A DNA stretch of 64,000 nucleotides, taken from the NCBI GenBank assembly GCA_963798085.1, contig CAWCRS010000003.1, forward strand, positions 736,001-800,000. The letters are read 5' to 3'. Each line of letters opens with the position of its first letter. The first letter of the stretch is position 1. Positions 1 through 8,474 of this stretch are shown in pieces. The notes under the pieces were generated by a model that had not been told where the DNA came from, did no database searches, and was given only the letters and a program-made list of their open reading frames with translations. The DNA is from an uncultured Gemmatimonadales bacterium. Lineage in GTDB: Bacteria > Gemmatimonadota > Gemmatimonadetes > Longimicrobiales > RSA9. Made by a program: the position numbers and the translations under genes.

Positions 1-319
1 GCACGGTGTGCGTGCCGACGGCCGCATCGACCGTGGCGCTGGCCGACGACAGGGGACTGCCACTGCCGGCCGCCAGGCCCAGCGCCACCTTGTTGGTGCG
101 CAGTGCCGTGGACGACAGTGCCGCCGCCGCTGTCTGCAGTGTGGAGACCTGCGAGTTGAAGCTGTTCCACACGCTGGTACGCTGGCCGGCCGCGTCGATC
201 TTGCTCTGCAGGGAATTGGCAGGCGCCGCCTCCGCTGCAATGAGCTGATCGATCAGGTCCCGCCACTGGATACCGCTGGCGACGCCGCTGACCGAAGCGA
301 GTGGATTGGTTGTGCTCAT
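1..319 (-). CDS. fliD: Flagellar filament cap protein FliD, N-terminal part (runs off the window start)
   Basis: Manual translation from ATG 319 gives MSTTNPLASVSGVASGIQWRDLIDQLIAAE..., the FliD_N SG.ASG.....LIDQL motif. It lies directly downstream of the flagellin gene. Confidence 0.88.
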   Translation of the reverse strand, partial: MSTTNPLASVSGVASGIQWRDLIDQLIAAEAAPANSLQSKIDAAGQRTSVWNSFNSQVSTLQTAAAALSSTALRTNKVALGLAAGSGSPLSSASATVDAAVGTHTV

Positions 320-340
320 GGCCTTGTCTTCGAGTGCTCG

Positions 341-368
341 GCCCGGGACCGGCGAACCGGCCCCGGGC
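341..368 (-). terminator. 12-bp stem with UUCG tetraloop between fliC and fliD (terminator/attenuator or mRNA-stabilising hairpin)
   Basis: The minus strand reads GCCCGGGGCCGG-TTCG-CCGGTCCCGGGC, which pairs fully only on this strand (G-U). No U-tract follows. Confidence 0.6.
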
Positions 369-395
369 TTCTCTCAAGCGACCGCTCTACGCGGA

Positions 396-1535
396 CTACT
401 GGAGGAGCTTCAGCACCAGCTGCGGTGCCGCATTGGCCTGCGCCAGCATCGCTACGCCGGCCTGCTGCAGGATCTGGTTCTTCGTGAACTCCGTCATTTC
501 GTAGGCCATGTCGGCGTCGCGAATCGTGGATTCGGCAGCCGCCATGTTCTCGATTGTGGTCTTGACGTTGGCCGACGCGTAGTCGATCCGGTTCTGCGCC
601 GCGCCGATTTCACCGAACGCGCTGTTAACCGTGCCGATCGCGGTGTCCAGACCGGTCAGTGCCGCCTGCCACTCCGCACCCGTGCCGTTGCCGGTGAAGG
701 TGAGGGCAGTCAGGTTCAGGCCGGTGGAGCCCGTCGTCAGGTCGAGCCCGCTCAGCGTGATCAGGTCGTCCGTCGTGTAGGCACCGCTGGAGCGGACCAG
801 GAACGATCCACCGCCGCTGCCCGCCGTCACGTCGAAGGACGTGCCGTCGAGCGAACCAGTCGCCGCCGTCTCGTCGAAATTGGCGTCGAGCTGCAGCGTC
901 ACGCCGAACGAACTGAAGGAAACAGACTGCTTGCCGGCCACGAGACCCGAAACGGTCTGCGTGTTGCCGTTGCCGTCGTCGATCGTCAGCTCGCCGTCAA
1001 CCGCCTGTGTGAAGCTGTACGTGGCTGCGGCTGTGCCTGCGATGTTGACAGCGTAGAGCCCTGTGCCCGCCGCCAGCGCCGTGCTGTTCGCGACGTTGGT
1101 GTCGACGGCGTTACCGAACGAACCGTTGATCAGCGCCTTGCCCTGGAACTTGGTCGTGTCGGCGATCTTCTGGATTTCCGTCTGCAGCTGATCCCACTCG
1201 GCCTTGATTCGGCCGCGGCCAGCGTCGTCGACGTTGTCCGAACCCGCTTCCGTCGCCAGTTCCTTCATGCGGTCAATGATCTGGCTGACCGTCTGCACTG
1301 CGCCTTCCGCCACCTGCAACAGCGAGGTGGCCTGCTCGGCGTTACGCGAGGCCTGCTGCAGCGAACGAATGTCCGCGCGCAGCTTGTTCGCGATGCCCAG
1401 ACCGGCGGCGTCATCTGCCGCGCGATTGATGCGGAAGCCCGAGGACAGACGGCCGATGCTCCGGCTGACGTTCATGTCCGTGATCCCGAGCTGACGCTGG
1501 GTGTTCATCGCCGAGACGTTCGTGTTGATGCGCAT
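396..1535 (-). CDS. fliC: Flagellin
   Basis: Canonical N-terminus MRINTNVSA...RLSSGFRINRAADDAAGL and C-terminus IRDADMAYEMTEFTKNQILQQAGVAMLAQAN; AAGGAG RBS. Confidence 0.99.
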   Translation of the reverse strand: MRINTNVSAMNTQRQLGITDMNVSRSIGRLSSGFRINRAADDAAGLGIANKLRADIRSLQQASRNAEQATSLLQVAEGAVQTVSQIIDRMKELATEAGSDNVDDAGRGRIKAEWDQLQTEIQKIADTTKFQGKALINGSFGNAVDTNVANSTALAAGTGLYAVNIAGTAAATYSFTQAVDGELTIDDGNGNTQTVSGLVAGKQSVSFSSFGVTLQLDANFDETAATGSLDGTSFDVTAGSGGGSFLVRSSGAYTTDDLITLSGLDLTTGSTGLNLTALTFTGNGTGAEWQAALTGLDTAIGTVNSAFGEIGAAQNRIDYASANVKTTIENMAAAESTIRDADMAYEMTEFTKNQILQQAGVAMLAQANAAPQLVLKLLQ

Positions 1536-1542
1536 GGTGTAG

Positions 1543-1615
1543 CTCCTTACAACGAAACTGCTATCGAGTGGTGGGGCGTCCGTACCCCTGATTGGATCCC
1601 GGTCCAGGCTCCGAC
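1543..1615 (-). promoter_or_regulatory. Putative CsrA-binding fliC leader (several GGA motifs)
   Basis: Five GGA motifs in the ~85-nt leader, including the hairpin GGGGT-ACGGAC-GCCCC (1573-1588) and AAGGAG overlapping the RBS. csrA and fliW are in the cluster. Confidence 0.65.
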
Positions 1616-1627
1616 CGACGGGGGGTG

Positions 1628-1654
1628 TTATCGGCGATGTCAGGAGAAACTTTA
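1628..1654 (-). promoter_or_regulatory. Sigma28 (FliA) promoter of fliC
   Basis: Exact consensus TAAA-N15-GCCGATAA on the minus strand. Confidence 0.92.
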
Positions 1655-1860
1655 GGGGGAATGCGGGGGCGTTTCCGGGCTCGGGCTCGGGCTGCTTGCT
1701 GGGGTTTACGGATCGGACAGCGTTGCCGGGGCTGGTTGCTGGGGCTGGTTGCTCGGGAACGGCCTGAACGGATTGATCGGTGGGGTTTCGCGGATTTCAC
1801 GGATTACAGGCGACGATGGGTGGTCGGAGCGCCGGCGGTGGGTGCTGGCTCCCGCGCGGG

Positions 1861-2796
1861 TCACGGGTCAGGCTGGCGATGGGTGCCAGACGCCGGGGTT
1901 GTGCCGCCGGGCAGGGGGTGTTCGGGCAGGTTGAGGTGCACGGGCACGCCGGGCACGGGTGGCAGGACGTTGGTGGTGTCCTGGCCGGCCGGTTCGGTGC
2001 CTGCCTCGGGCGTGGCTGTCTCGAACGGCAGAAGAATCGAGACGCGGCGATTGGCCGGGTCGAGCGGACGGTCCGGGAAACGGAGGTGGCGGTCCGCGTA
2101 GCCACGCACTTCGGCGACGCGATCGGAGACCACACCGGAATCGACGATCACTCGCCGCGCCGCATTCGCGCGCGCGGCGGACAGCTCCCAGTTGCTGTAG
2201 CCCAGAGTGCCGTACTGCCGCGCGTCGGTGTGTCCCTCGAGGATCACGGGGTTGCCGATCTTGCCCAGCTCATCGCCGATGAGGCCGAGCGCGCGCATCG
2301 CCGGCTCACGCGGACTGGCGGACCCGATGGCGAAGAAGGTTTCGCCGCTGCCGGCATCCGTCATCTCAATGCGCAGTCCCTCGCTGGTCACACTGATCTC
2401 GAAATTGCCGGAGAGGCTCTTCAGCTCGTCATCGGCGGCGATGCGCGCGCGAATCCGCTCGGCCACGTTCTGGAACTGCGCCTGCTGCGACTCGCGCGGT
2501 GCCACCGCAATCGTGTTCACGCCCTGGTGCCGCATGGCGTTGCCATTGGCGAGCGGATTGGTGCCCGCGCCGAAGCCCTTCTTGAAGCCGACCGGATTCT
2601 GGAAATAGCCCTGGATCAGGTCCTTCGTCTCAGGCGACATGCCCATGATCCACATGACCATGAAGAACGCCATCATGGCGGTGACGAAGTCGGCGTACGC
2701 GACTTTCCAGGCGCCGCCGTGATGGCCGTGGTCGCCGCCGGATACGCGGCGAATGATGATCGGGCGGGCTTTTTCGTCCTTGGGCGGCGCGCTCAT
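1861..2796 (-). CDS. motB: Flagellar motor stator MotB
   Basis: HHGGAWKVAYADFVTAMMAFF motif; OmpA-like domain with EGHTD, NWELSAARA and NRRV. Confidence 0.97.
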   Translation of the reverse strand: MSAPPKDEKARPIIIRRVSGGDHGHHGGAWKVAYADFVTAMMAFFMVMWIMGMSPETKDLIQGYFQNPVGFKKGFGAGTNPLANGNAMRHQGVNTIAVAPRESQQAQFQNVAERIRARIAADDELKSLSGNFEISVTSEGLRIEMTDAGSGETFFAIGSASPREPAMRALGLIGDELGKIGNPVILEGHTDARQYGTLGYSNWELSAARANAARRVIVDSGVVSDRVAEVRGYADRHLRFPDRPLDPANRRVSILLPFETATPEAGTEPAGQDTTNVLPPVPGVPVHLNLPEHPLPGGTTPASGTHRQPDP

Positions 2797-3665
2797 GCGG
2801 CCTGCGCTGCCCGTGACTTCTTGCGCGTCATCTCCTCCAGCTCGCTGAAGGAGGGCCGGTCCTGCGGCTCGATGTTGCGGCGCGCGAATTCAACCGACGT
2901 CATGGGTGGATCGCCGCGGCCGAACGAGAGGATGGCGGTGCGGATGCAGCGCATGTACGAGTCTTCGCCCTTCACCCGGCCTTCCATGGCCTGTGCGATC
3001 GGGCCAATGACGCCGTAGGCGAGCAGCACGCCGAGGAAGGTACCCACCAGCGCCGCAGCCACGCTCTTGCCGACCTCATCCGCCGCGCCGCCAATGTGCG
3101 CCATGGTAATGATCACGCCCAGCACCGCAGCCACGATGCCGAAGCCCGGCATGGCGTCGCTGACCTTGGAGAGCGCATCGGGCACAGCCATCGCCTCGTG
3201 ATGATGCTGATCGAGGTCGAGATCGAGGATCTCCGACAGATGGTGATCCTCGACCGTGCCTGTCAGCATGACCTTCAGCGTATCCGTGAGGAAGCTCACT
3301 GCGTGGTGGTTCTTGCAGAACTCGGGATACTTCGCGAACAGGTCGCTCTTTTCCGGCTCCTCAATGTGCTTCTCGATGCCCACCAGCCCGTCCCGCCTCG
3401 CCGCGTAGAACAACTCGTACAGCACCTGCAGCAGCTCCGCGTACGCCTTCTCGCTGTAGGGCGATGGCTTCAGCAGCCCGAGGATCCCCGTGCTGATGCG
3501 AACGAGCATGCCCATGCCATTGCCCAGCAGCAGCGAGCCAATGGCCGCGCCTCCGAGAATGATGAACTCGGAAACCTGCATGAGCACCATGACACTGCCA
3601 CCGTGCATGGTGTAGCCCAGCAGGACGCTGCCGAGAACAATTGCGAGTCCAATCGCGAGGAACAC
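2793..3665 (-). CDS. motA: Flagellar motor stator MotA
   Basis: PGFGIVAAVLG and AALVGTFLGVLLAYG motifs; overlaps the motB start. Confidence 0.97.
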   Translation of the reverse strand: MFLAIGLAIVLGSVLLGYTMHGGSVMVLMQVSEFIILGGAAIGSLLLGNGMGMLVRISTGILGLLKPSPYSEKAYAELLQVLYELFYAARRDGLVGIEKHIEEPEKSDLFAKYPEFCKNHHAVSFLTDTLKVMLTGTVEDHHLSEILDLDLDQHHHEAMAVPDALSKVSDAMPGFGIVAAVLGVIITMAHIGGAADEVGKSVAAALVGTFLGVLLAYGVIGPIAQAMEGRVKGEDSYMRCIRTAILSFGRGDPPMTSVEFARRNIEPQDRPSFSELEEMTRKKSRAAQAA

Positions 3666-3720
3666 TTTACAATGCCCGTTCTGCCTTCTGGCTCCGGGGT
3701 GGTTTTCCAGACTGGCCCGA

Positions 3721-3747
3721 GTATCGGCGGGTTCCAGAGGAATTTGA
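3721..3747 (-). promoter_or_regulatory. Sigma28 promoter of motAB
   Basis: TCAA-N15-GCCGATAC, 55 nt upstream of motA. Confidence 0.8.
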
Positions 3748-3867
3748 GCTACGGATTCACTGCGGAGGGCGCTGTGGGGGTGAGGTCGTGGCCCGGCTCA
3801 GCACGCGCGGCCTGGCTGCGGCGCGGCGCCAGGCAATCCGGTCACGCGGAGGAGCGGAGGACGGAGA

Positions 3868-4055
3868 ACGACATCATCACACAGGGGGCACAGGGGGCAC
3901 GGAGGGGCGCTGACGTTTGAGGTCGCGGTGTTTCTTGAGGATGATTTGGAATCGCGGGCAATGGTTCCGGGGGGACGACATCATCACACAGGGGGCACAG
4001 GGGGCACGGAGGGGCGCTGACGTTTGAGGTCGCGGTGTTTCTTGAGGATGATTTG
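3868..4055. repeat. 81-bp direct duplication (3868-3948 and 3975-4055)
   Basis: Identical ACGACATCATCACACAGGGGGCACAGGGGGCACGGAGGGGCGCTGACG...GATGATTTG copies with a 107-nt period. Confidence 0.95.
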
Positions 4056-4269
4056 CATCACGGGCGATCGTTGCGGGCTATTGCAGGGTCGGCATCGAGT
4101 CGGTGAGGGCACCCGGATCCGTTGAATTCAATTCCTGATGGCTGTAATCAACTGTTTGGAACTTCTCTCAGTCAGACCCTCTGACGCCAGCAACCCCACC
4201 CCGCTGAAGCGCCCCGGCGAATCCGTCCTCAGTGCCCCCCGTGACTCCGGCAGCCTCTGAGTGATGATG
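3872..4269. repeat. MITE/REP-like element bounded by inverted CATCATCAC...GTGATGATG ends
   Basis: Left end CATCATCACACAGGGGG; right end CCTCTGAGTGATGATG. The same architecture occurs at 34013-34333. Confidence 0.6.
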
Positions 4270-4328
4270 CCGTGATCCGTTCTCCTCGCCCTCCTCGCCC
4301 TCCTCGCCCTCCGCGGTGGAAGGGCGGT

Positions 4329-4565
4329 TTACGCGGGGTCGGGCGCGGTTTCCGCGGGGCCGAGGAGTTCGCGCAGGGAATCGGTACGCGTGGCGCGGCG
4401 GTTCTCGTCGGCGATCTGCTGGGCGATTTCCTCGCGCACGATGCCGACGCTGCTGGGCGCTTCGATGCCGATGCGTACGCCGCGGCGGCCGCACTGCAGG
4501 ATGATGATGCGGATGCCGCCGGCGATGAGCACGGCGCTGCCCGGTTGGCGATTCAGAACCAGCAT
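4329..4565 (-). CDS. csrA: Carbon storage regulator CsrA
   Basis: MLVLNRQPG..VLI...IRIIIL......VRIGIEAP..VGIVREEI, the CsrA signature. Confidence 0.92.
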   Translation of the reverse strand: MLVLNRQPGSAVLIAGGIRIIILQCGRRGVRIGIEAPSSVGIVREEIAQQIADENRRATRTDSLRELLGPAETAPDPA

Positions 4566-4575
4566 TCAGGCTTCC

Positions 4576-5988
4576 TCAGCGCTTCATGTCGAGTAGACTC
4601 TGGAACATCTCATCTGCAGTGGTGATGACGCGGGCGGCGGCGGCGTAGGCGTTCTGGAAACGCATCAGGTTGACCATCTCTTCATCGATGTTCACGCCGC
4701 TCACGCTCATGCGCTGCGTATCCGCCCGGGAGGCGAGGGAGGCGTGCACCTCGGTGTTGTCCTGCGCGTCCTGCACAGCCGTGCCCAGCTGGGCAACCTG
4801 CTGGCTGTAGGCTTCGCCAATGCTGTGATTGCCGAACGCTGCGATGGGCGCGTCGCGCAAAGCCGCGAGCGAGAGGGCCGTGTCGTTGCGCGCCAATGCG
4901 TACACCGGATTGCCGGTGATGGGATCGGTGCCCGGCGTGCCCGCTGCGATGGCCTGCGGGTCGGCGGCCACGGCGGCGGACAGCGAGAGCGAAGCCGCGG
5001 TGATGGTGGCCGGATTGCCCTGGTCATCGAAAAACAGCACGTTAGTCTGACCCGCGGCGTTCATGCCCTGCGTGTGCACGCCATTGACGGCAATGGCCAG
5101 GTTCCGGGCCAGCGCGTCCAGGTCCGCGTGTCCCTGGGGCAGGTCGTTGTTGAGCACACCGATCGTGGCGCCCAGTGAGCCGCCCGCCGCGCCGACGGTC
5201 AGGCCATTGGCGTTCTTCAGGCTGTAGACGCCGCCCGTGCTGTCCACCTGCAGCGGAATCGACGTGGGGCCGTCCACGACATTGATGCCCTGTATGTTCA
5301 CGGCCACCGTGTGGTCGCTGCGCTCCAGCACCTGCACATCGGCCAGCTTGCTGATCTGGTCAATGGCGACATCGCGCGCATCGCGCAGGTCGCCCGCGGT
5401 GCGGCCACCGGCCTCTTCCGCCACGATGCGAGTGTTCAGCGAGGCGATCGTGCTGCTCAGCTTGTTCAGCTGACTCACGTCCTGGGTCAGCTGCTGGGCG
5501 CCGCCGGCGGCAATGCGATCCAGGCCGGTCGACATGCGGTGCAGGCTGTCCACCAGCTGCTGCGCGGTCTGCTTGACGACCCCGCGTGCGGTGGAACTGG
5601 CGGGGTCGTTCGACAGATCGCTCCACGCGTTCCAGAACGCGTTCAGCGAATCGGACAGACCGGGCGTCGAGAGATCGCCGTGCAGACCCTGCACCTGACC
5701 CAGCAGCCCGGCGCGCGTCTGATAGAAGCTGTTGCTGGCGGTCTCCTGGCGGAACCCGACGTCCAGCAGACTGTCGTGCACCCGTGCAATGTCGGCAACG
5801 GTGACGCCCGACCCGATAACACCGGAGGGCGTGATCTGCGGGGTCGCAGCGGCCAGGTCGACGCGTTGCCTCGAGTATCCTTCCGTCGCCGCGTTCGCCA
5901 CGTTATGGCCGGCTACCGCGATCGCCGTCTGGCTCGCGTTCATCGCCGACCTGGCAATGGAAAGAATGCTGCCGATGGACCCACCCAT
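4576..5988 (-). CDS. flgK: Hook-filament junction protein FlgK
   Basis: GHNVANAATEGYSRQRV at the N-terminus and SGVNIDEEMVNLMRFQNAYAAAARVI at the C-terminus. Start placed at ATG 5988. Confidence 0.97.
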   Translation of the reverse strand: MGGSIGSILSIARSAMNASQTAIAVAGHNVANAATEGYSRQRVDLAAATPQITPSGVIGSGVTVADIARVHDSLLDVGFRQETASNSFYQTRAGLLGQVQGLHGDLSTPGLSDSLNAFWNAWSDLSNDPASSTARGVVKQTAQQLVDSLHRMSTGLDRIAAGGAQQLTQDVSQLNKLSSTIASLNTRIVAEEAGGRTAGDLRDARDVAIDQISKLADVQVLERSDHTVAVNIQGINVVDGPTSIPLQVDSTGGVYSLKNANGLTVGAAGGSLGATIGVLNNDLPQGHADLDALARNLAIAVNGVHTQGMNAAGQTNVLFFDDQGNPATITAASLSLSAAVAADPQAIAAGTPGTDPITGNPVYALARNDTALSLAALRDAPIAAFGNHSIGEAYSQQVAQLGTAVQDAQDNTEVHASLASRADTQRMSVSGVNIDEEMVNLMRFQNAYAAAARVITTADEMFQSLLDMKR

Positions 5989-5989
5989 A

Positions 5990-6487
5990 TCAGACCTGCC
6001 GATCCAGGAGCGCGCCGTGATCAGCGCCTCCCAGCCCTCCACCCGAAGTCACTGCGCCGCTCAGGACCTGGATCAGTCGATTGCCCTGCTCCAGCGCGCC
6101 CTCGAGCACGCGGCGGTTGATGCGGATCTCACGGGCCAGAATGCGGGCTTCGTGACTCACCCGATCCCTCGTTTCCGCGAGTTCCAGCGTCATCTCATCT
6201 CCCAGTATCGTCTCCAACTGGTGCAAAGGCGTAGTTTCCGAGCCGGTCAGGATCGCCATCAGGGTGCGGCGGCGGATCTGCGCCTCGCGCAGCGTGCCCA
6301 GCACGCGGTGCGCGGCGAAGACGCTGCCATCCACCACTTCGAGGTCATCCGCGGCAATGCCTTCCCGCTGGCGGCGCAGAATCCCGTGCAGCTCGCTCAG
6401 CAGCCGCTCTTCCGCGGCCAGCGCCTCGGTGAGCAGCGCGCTGTCAGGCGGCGCCAGCTCCAGCACGGTGTTGTCCGCGCGCATCAT
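5990..6487 (-). CDS. flgN: Export chaperone FlgN
   Basis: Helical 165-aa protein directly upstream of flgK, with an INRRVL motif and a LLDRQV C-terminus. Confidence 0.75.
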   Translation of the reverse strand: MMRADNTVLELAPPDSALLTEALAAEERLLSELHGILRRQREGIAADDLEVVDGSVFAAHRVLGTLREAQIRRRTLMAILTGSETTPLHQLETILGDEMTLELAETRDRVSHEARILAREIRINRRVLEGALEQGNRLIQVLSGAVTSGGGLGGADHGALLDRQV

Positions 6488-6798
6488 TGGCCGCCTCCGG
6501 GGTTCTGCTGCTGCGATGGCAGCTTGTCGACCAGCTGGCGATACAGCGCATCACCGATCCGGTGCTGCTTCACGGCGGCCGCCTCGGCGACGTGCTCGTC
6601 CATCATGCTCGTGAACATGGCTTCGCCTTCGCCGCCGTCGAGCGCGCCGTCCTGTGGCACCGTGTCGCGCATGGCCTTGAACAGCTGTTCCATGAACACA
6701 CCCTCCAGCTGGCTCGTCGCCTTGCGCAGCCGGGCCTTGTCATCATCCGGTCCGCCGGCACCCAAACCCGGCGTTAGCGAGTCGAGTGGGCGGATCAT
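6484..6798 (-). CDS. flgJ: FlgJ rod-binding domain (no muramidase); in frame with flgI in this sequence
   Basis: LRKATSQLEGVFMEQLFKAMRDTVP...FTSMMDE...IGDALYRQL rod-binding motif; own ATG at 6798. Confidence 0.88.
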   Translation of the reverse strand: MIRPLDSLTPGLGAGGPDDDKARLRKATSQLEGVFMEQLFKAMRDTVPQDGALDGGEGEAMFTSMMDEHVAEAAAVKQHRIGDALYRQLVDKLPSQQQNPGGGQ

Positions 6799-7833
6799 TC
6801 GGACTTTCACCTCCGCCGTCAGCGCGCCCACGCGGTGCAGCGATTCGAAGATCGCCGCGATCACCGGTGCGGGTGCACCTACGGCCTGCAGCGCGGACGC
6901 GACATCCTGCACACTCGCGCCTGGCGCCACTCGTACTTCGCCGGCCGCAGGCTGATCCGTACGGGTCGCGCCCACGGTCAGGGTCAGGCCGCCGTGGCTC
7001 ACCACGCCCGGCCCCACTGTCACTTCGCCACCAACCACGACCGTGCCGTCGCGTGTATCCACCAGCACCGTCGCCGCGGCGTCGCGCTTCACGCGCAGGT
7101 CCGCGATCTTCGCCAGTGTCACCGCAGTGCCACCGGCCGAGTCCTTCAGCGTCAGAGCCACCGCGCCGGGGTCTTCCACCTGCGCGCTGTTCTCGCCGAT
7201 CGCCGTGTTGATCGCTTCCGCGATTTTCACGGCGGTCCCTATGTTCGGCTCACGCAGCAGCAACCTTGAGGGCGAAGTGACGGCCGGTTTGGGCAGGTCT
7301 GCCAGCAGCAGCGCGCCATCCGGAATTCTCGCCGTCGTTTCCACGCTGTAGCCGCCGCGCGCAACTTCGCCCTCGCTCAGCAGTAACGGTCCCTGCGCCG
7401 TGGCCACGGCGGGACTGCCGGGATCGAAGACGAGTGGCGTCGCCCAGAGCACACCGCCGCGCAGGGAAGAGGCATCGCCCACGGAGGCGACGTGCACCTC
7501 GAAGCGACCGCCCGGCCGCAGGAACGGCGAGGCCTCCGCCGTGACCAGCACGGCGGCGACGTTGCGCGTGCGCAGCACTTCCGCCGGCACCTCGATGCCG
7601 AAGTTGCGCAGCAGGTTCACGACGGACTGCACGGTGTGCCGCGCGCCGAAGCTGCCAATGGCGCGATCGCCTGTGCCGTCCAGACCCACGACCAGGCCGT
7701 AGCCGACGACGCGCACCGGCACGTTCACGTCGGTTATGGCCAGATCGCCAATGCGCGCGTCCTGCGCGCGTGCCTCGCTGCCGCCTGCAATGAGGGCGGC
7801 CGCGAGCACAACGGGGAGAAGCGTTTGCCTCAT
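6484..7833 (-). CDS. flgI: P-ring protein FlgI, read through into FlgJ as one ORF
   Basis: Signal peptide; VGYGLVVGLDGTGD, NVAAVLVTA and GDASSLRGGVL motifs; GALTAEV end of the FlgI domain. Confidence 0.95.
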   Translation of the reverse strand: MRQTLLPVVLAAALIAGGSEARAQDARIGDLAITDVNVPVRVVGYGLVVGLDGTGDRAIGSFGARHTVQSVVNLLRNFGIEVPAEVLRTRNVAAVLVTAEASPFLRPGGRFEVHVASVGDASSLRGGVLWATPLVFDPGSPAVATAQGPLLLSEGEVARGGYSVETTARIPDGALLLADLPKPAVTSPSRLLLREPNIGTAVKIAEAINTAIGENSAQVEDPGAVALTLKDSAGGTAVTLAKIADLRVKRDAAATVLVDTRDGTVVVGGEVTVGPGVVSHGGLTLTVGATRTDQPAAGEVRVAPGASVQDVASALQAVGAPAPVIAAIFESLHRVGALTAEVKVRMIRPLDSLTPGLGAGGPDDDKARLRKATSQLEGVFMEQLFKAMRDTVPQDGALDGGEGEAMFTSMMDEHVAEAAAVKQHRIGDALYRQLVDKLPSQQQNPGGGQ

Positions 7834-8474
7834 GGCCAGAGCATTCCCAGGATGCGGGCGAAGATTCCCTGCTTCGGCTTGCCCAGATCGCCCTTGGATT
7901 CGTACGCCAACTCGGCGTTAGCCAGACGCCACGACTCGACAATGTTGCGGGCCGAAATGTCCTGCGCGCGTACCCAGCCCGTGATGGTGACCTTCTGCAC
8001 CGCCTTGTCCAGCTTCAGCGTGCGCGTGCCTTCGATCTTCAGCAGACCGCCCGGCTCGACCGAGACCACGCGCGCCGAAAGCTCGGTGGTCAGGCCGTCG
8101 CGCCGGTCCGCCTGCCCCTTCACATTGGACGAATTGTCCAGCGATGTGCGGAAATCGACGTTCTTCTGCGTGCCGCTGGGCAGATTCGCGCCCAGGCTGC
8201 CTGTCGTGGAGCGGCCCGCCTGATCGACGTTGGACTTCTGTGCCAATGCGATCGTCTGCGCATCCACGAGCAGCGTCACCACATCGCCCACGCGGAAATC
8301 GCGGCGGTCCGTGGTCCAGTTGCCCAGGCCCGGCCGCAGCGCGGGCTTCGTGCTGTCCGCCTGCTGCGTGGCCGCCTGTCCGCCCGTCTGTCCCGCGGCC
8401 TGCGCCCTTGCGGGCGAGGCGCTTGCGGACAGTGCTGTCAGCAGCAGCAGCCAGCGTCCTGCGTGCCTGCTCAT
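7830..8474 (-). CDS. flgH: L-ring protein FlgH
   Basis: DRRDFRVGDVVTLLV, LKIEGTR and GWVRAQDISARNIVESWRLANA motifs; lies between flgA and flgI. Confidence 0.92.
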   Translation of the reverse strand: MSRHAGRWLLLLTALSASASPARAQAAGQTGGQAATQQADSTKPALRPGLGNWTTDRRDFRVGDVVTLLVDAQTIALAQKSNVDQAGRSTTGSLGANLPSGTQKNVDFRTSLDNSSNVKGQADRRDGLTTELSARVVSVEPGGLLKIEGTRTLKLDKAVQKVTITGWVRAQDISARNIVESWRLANAELAYESKGDLGKPKQGIFARILGMLWP

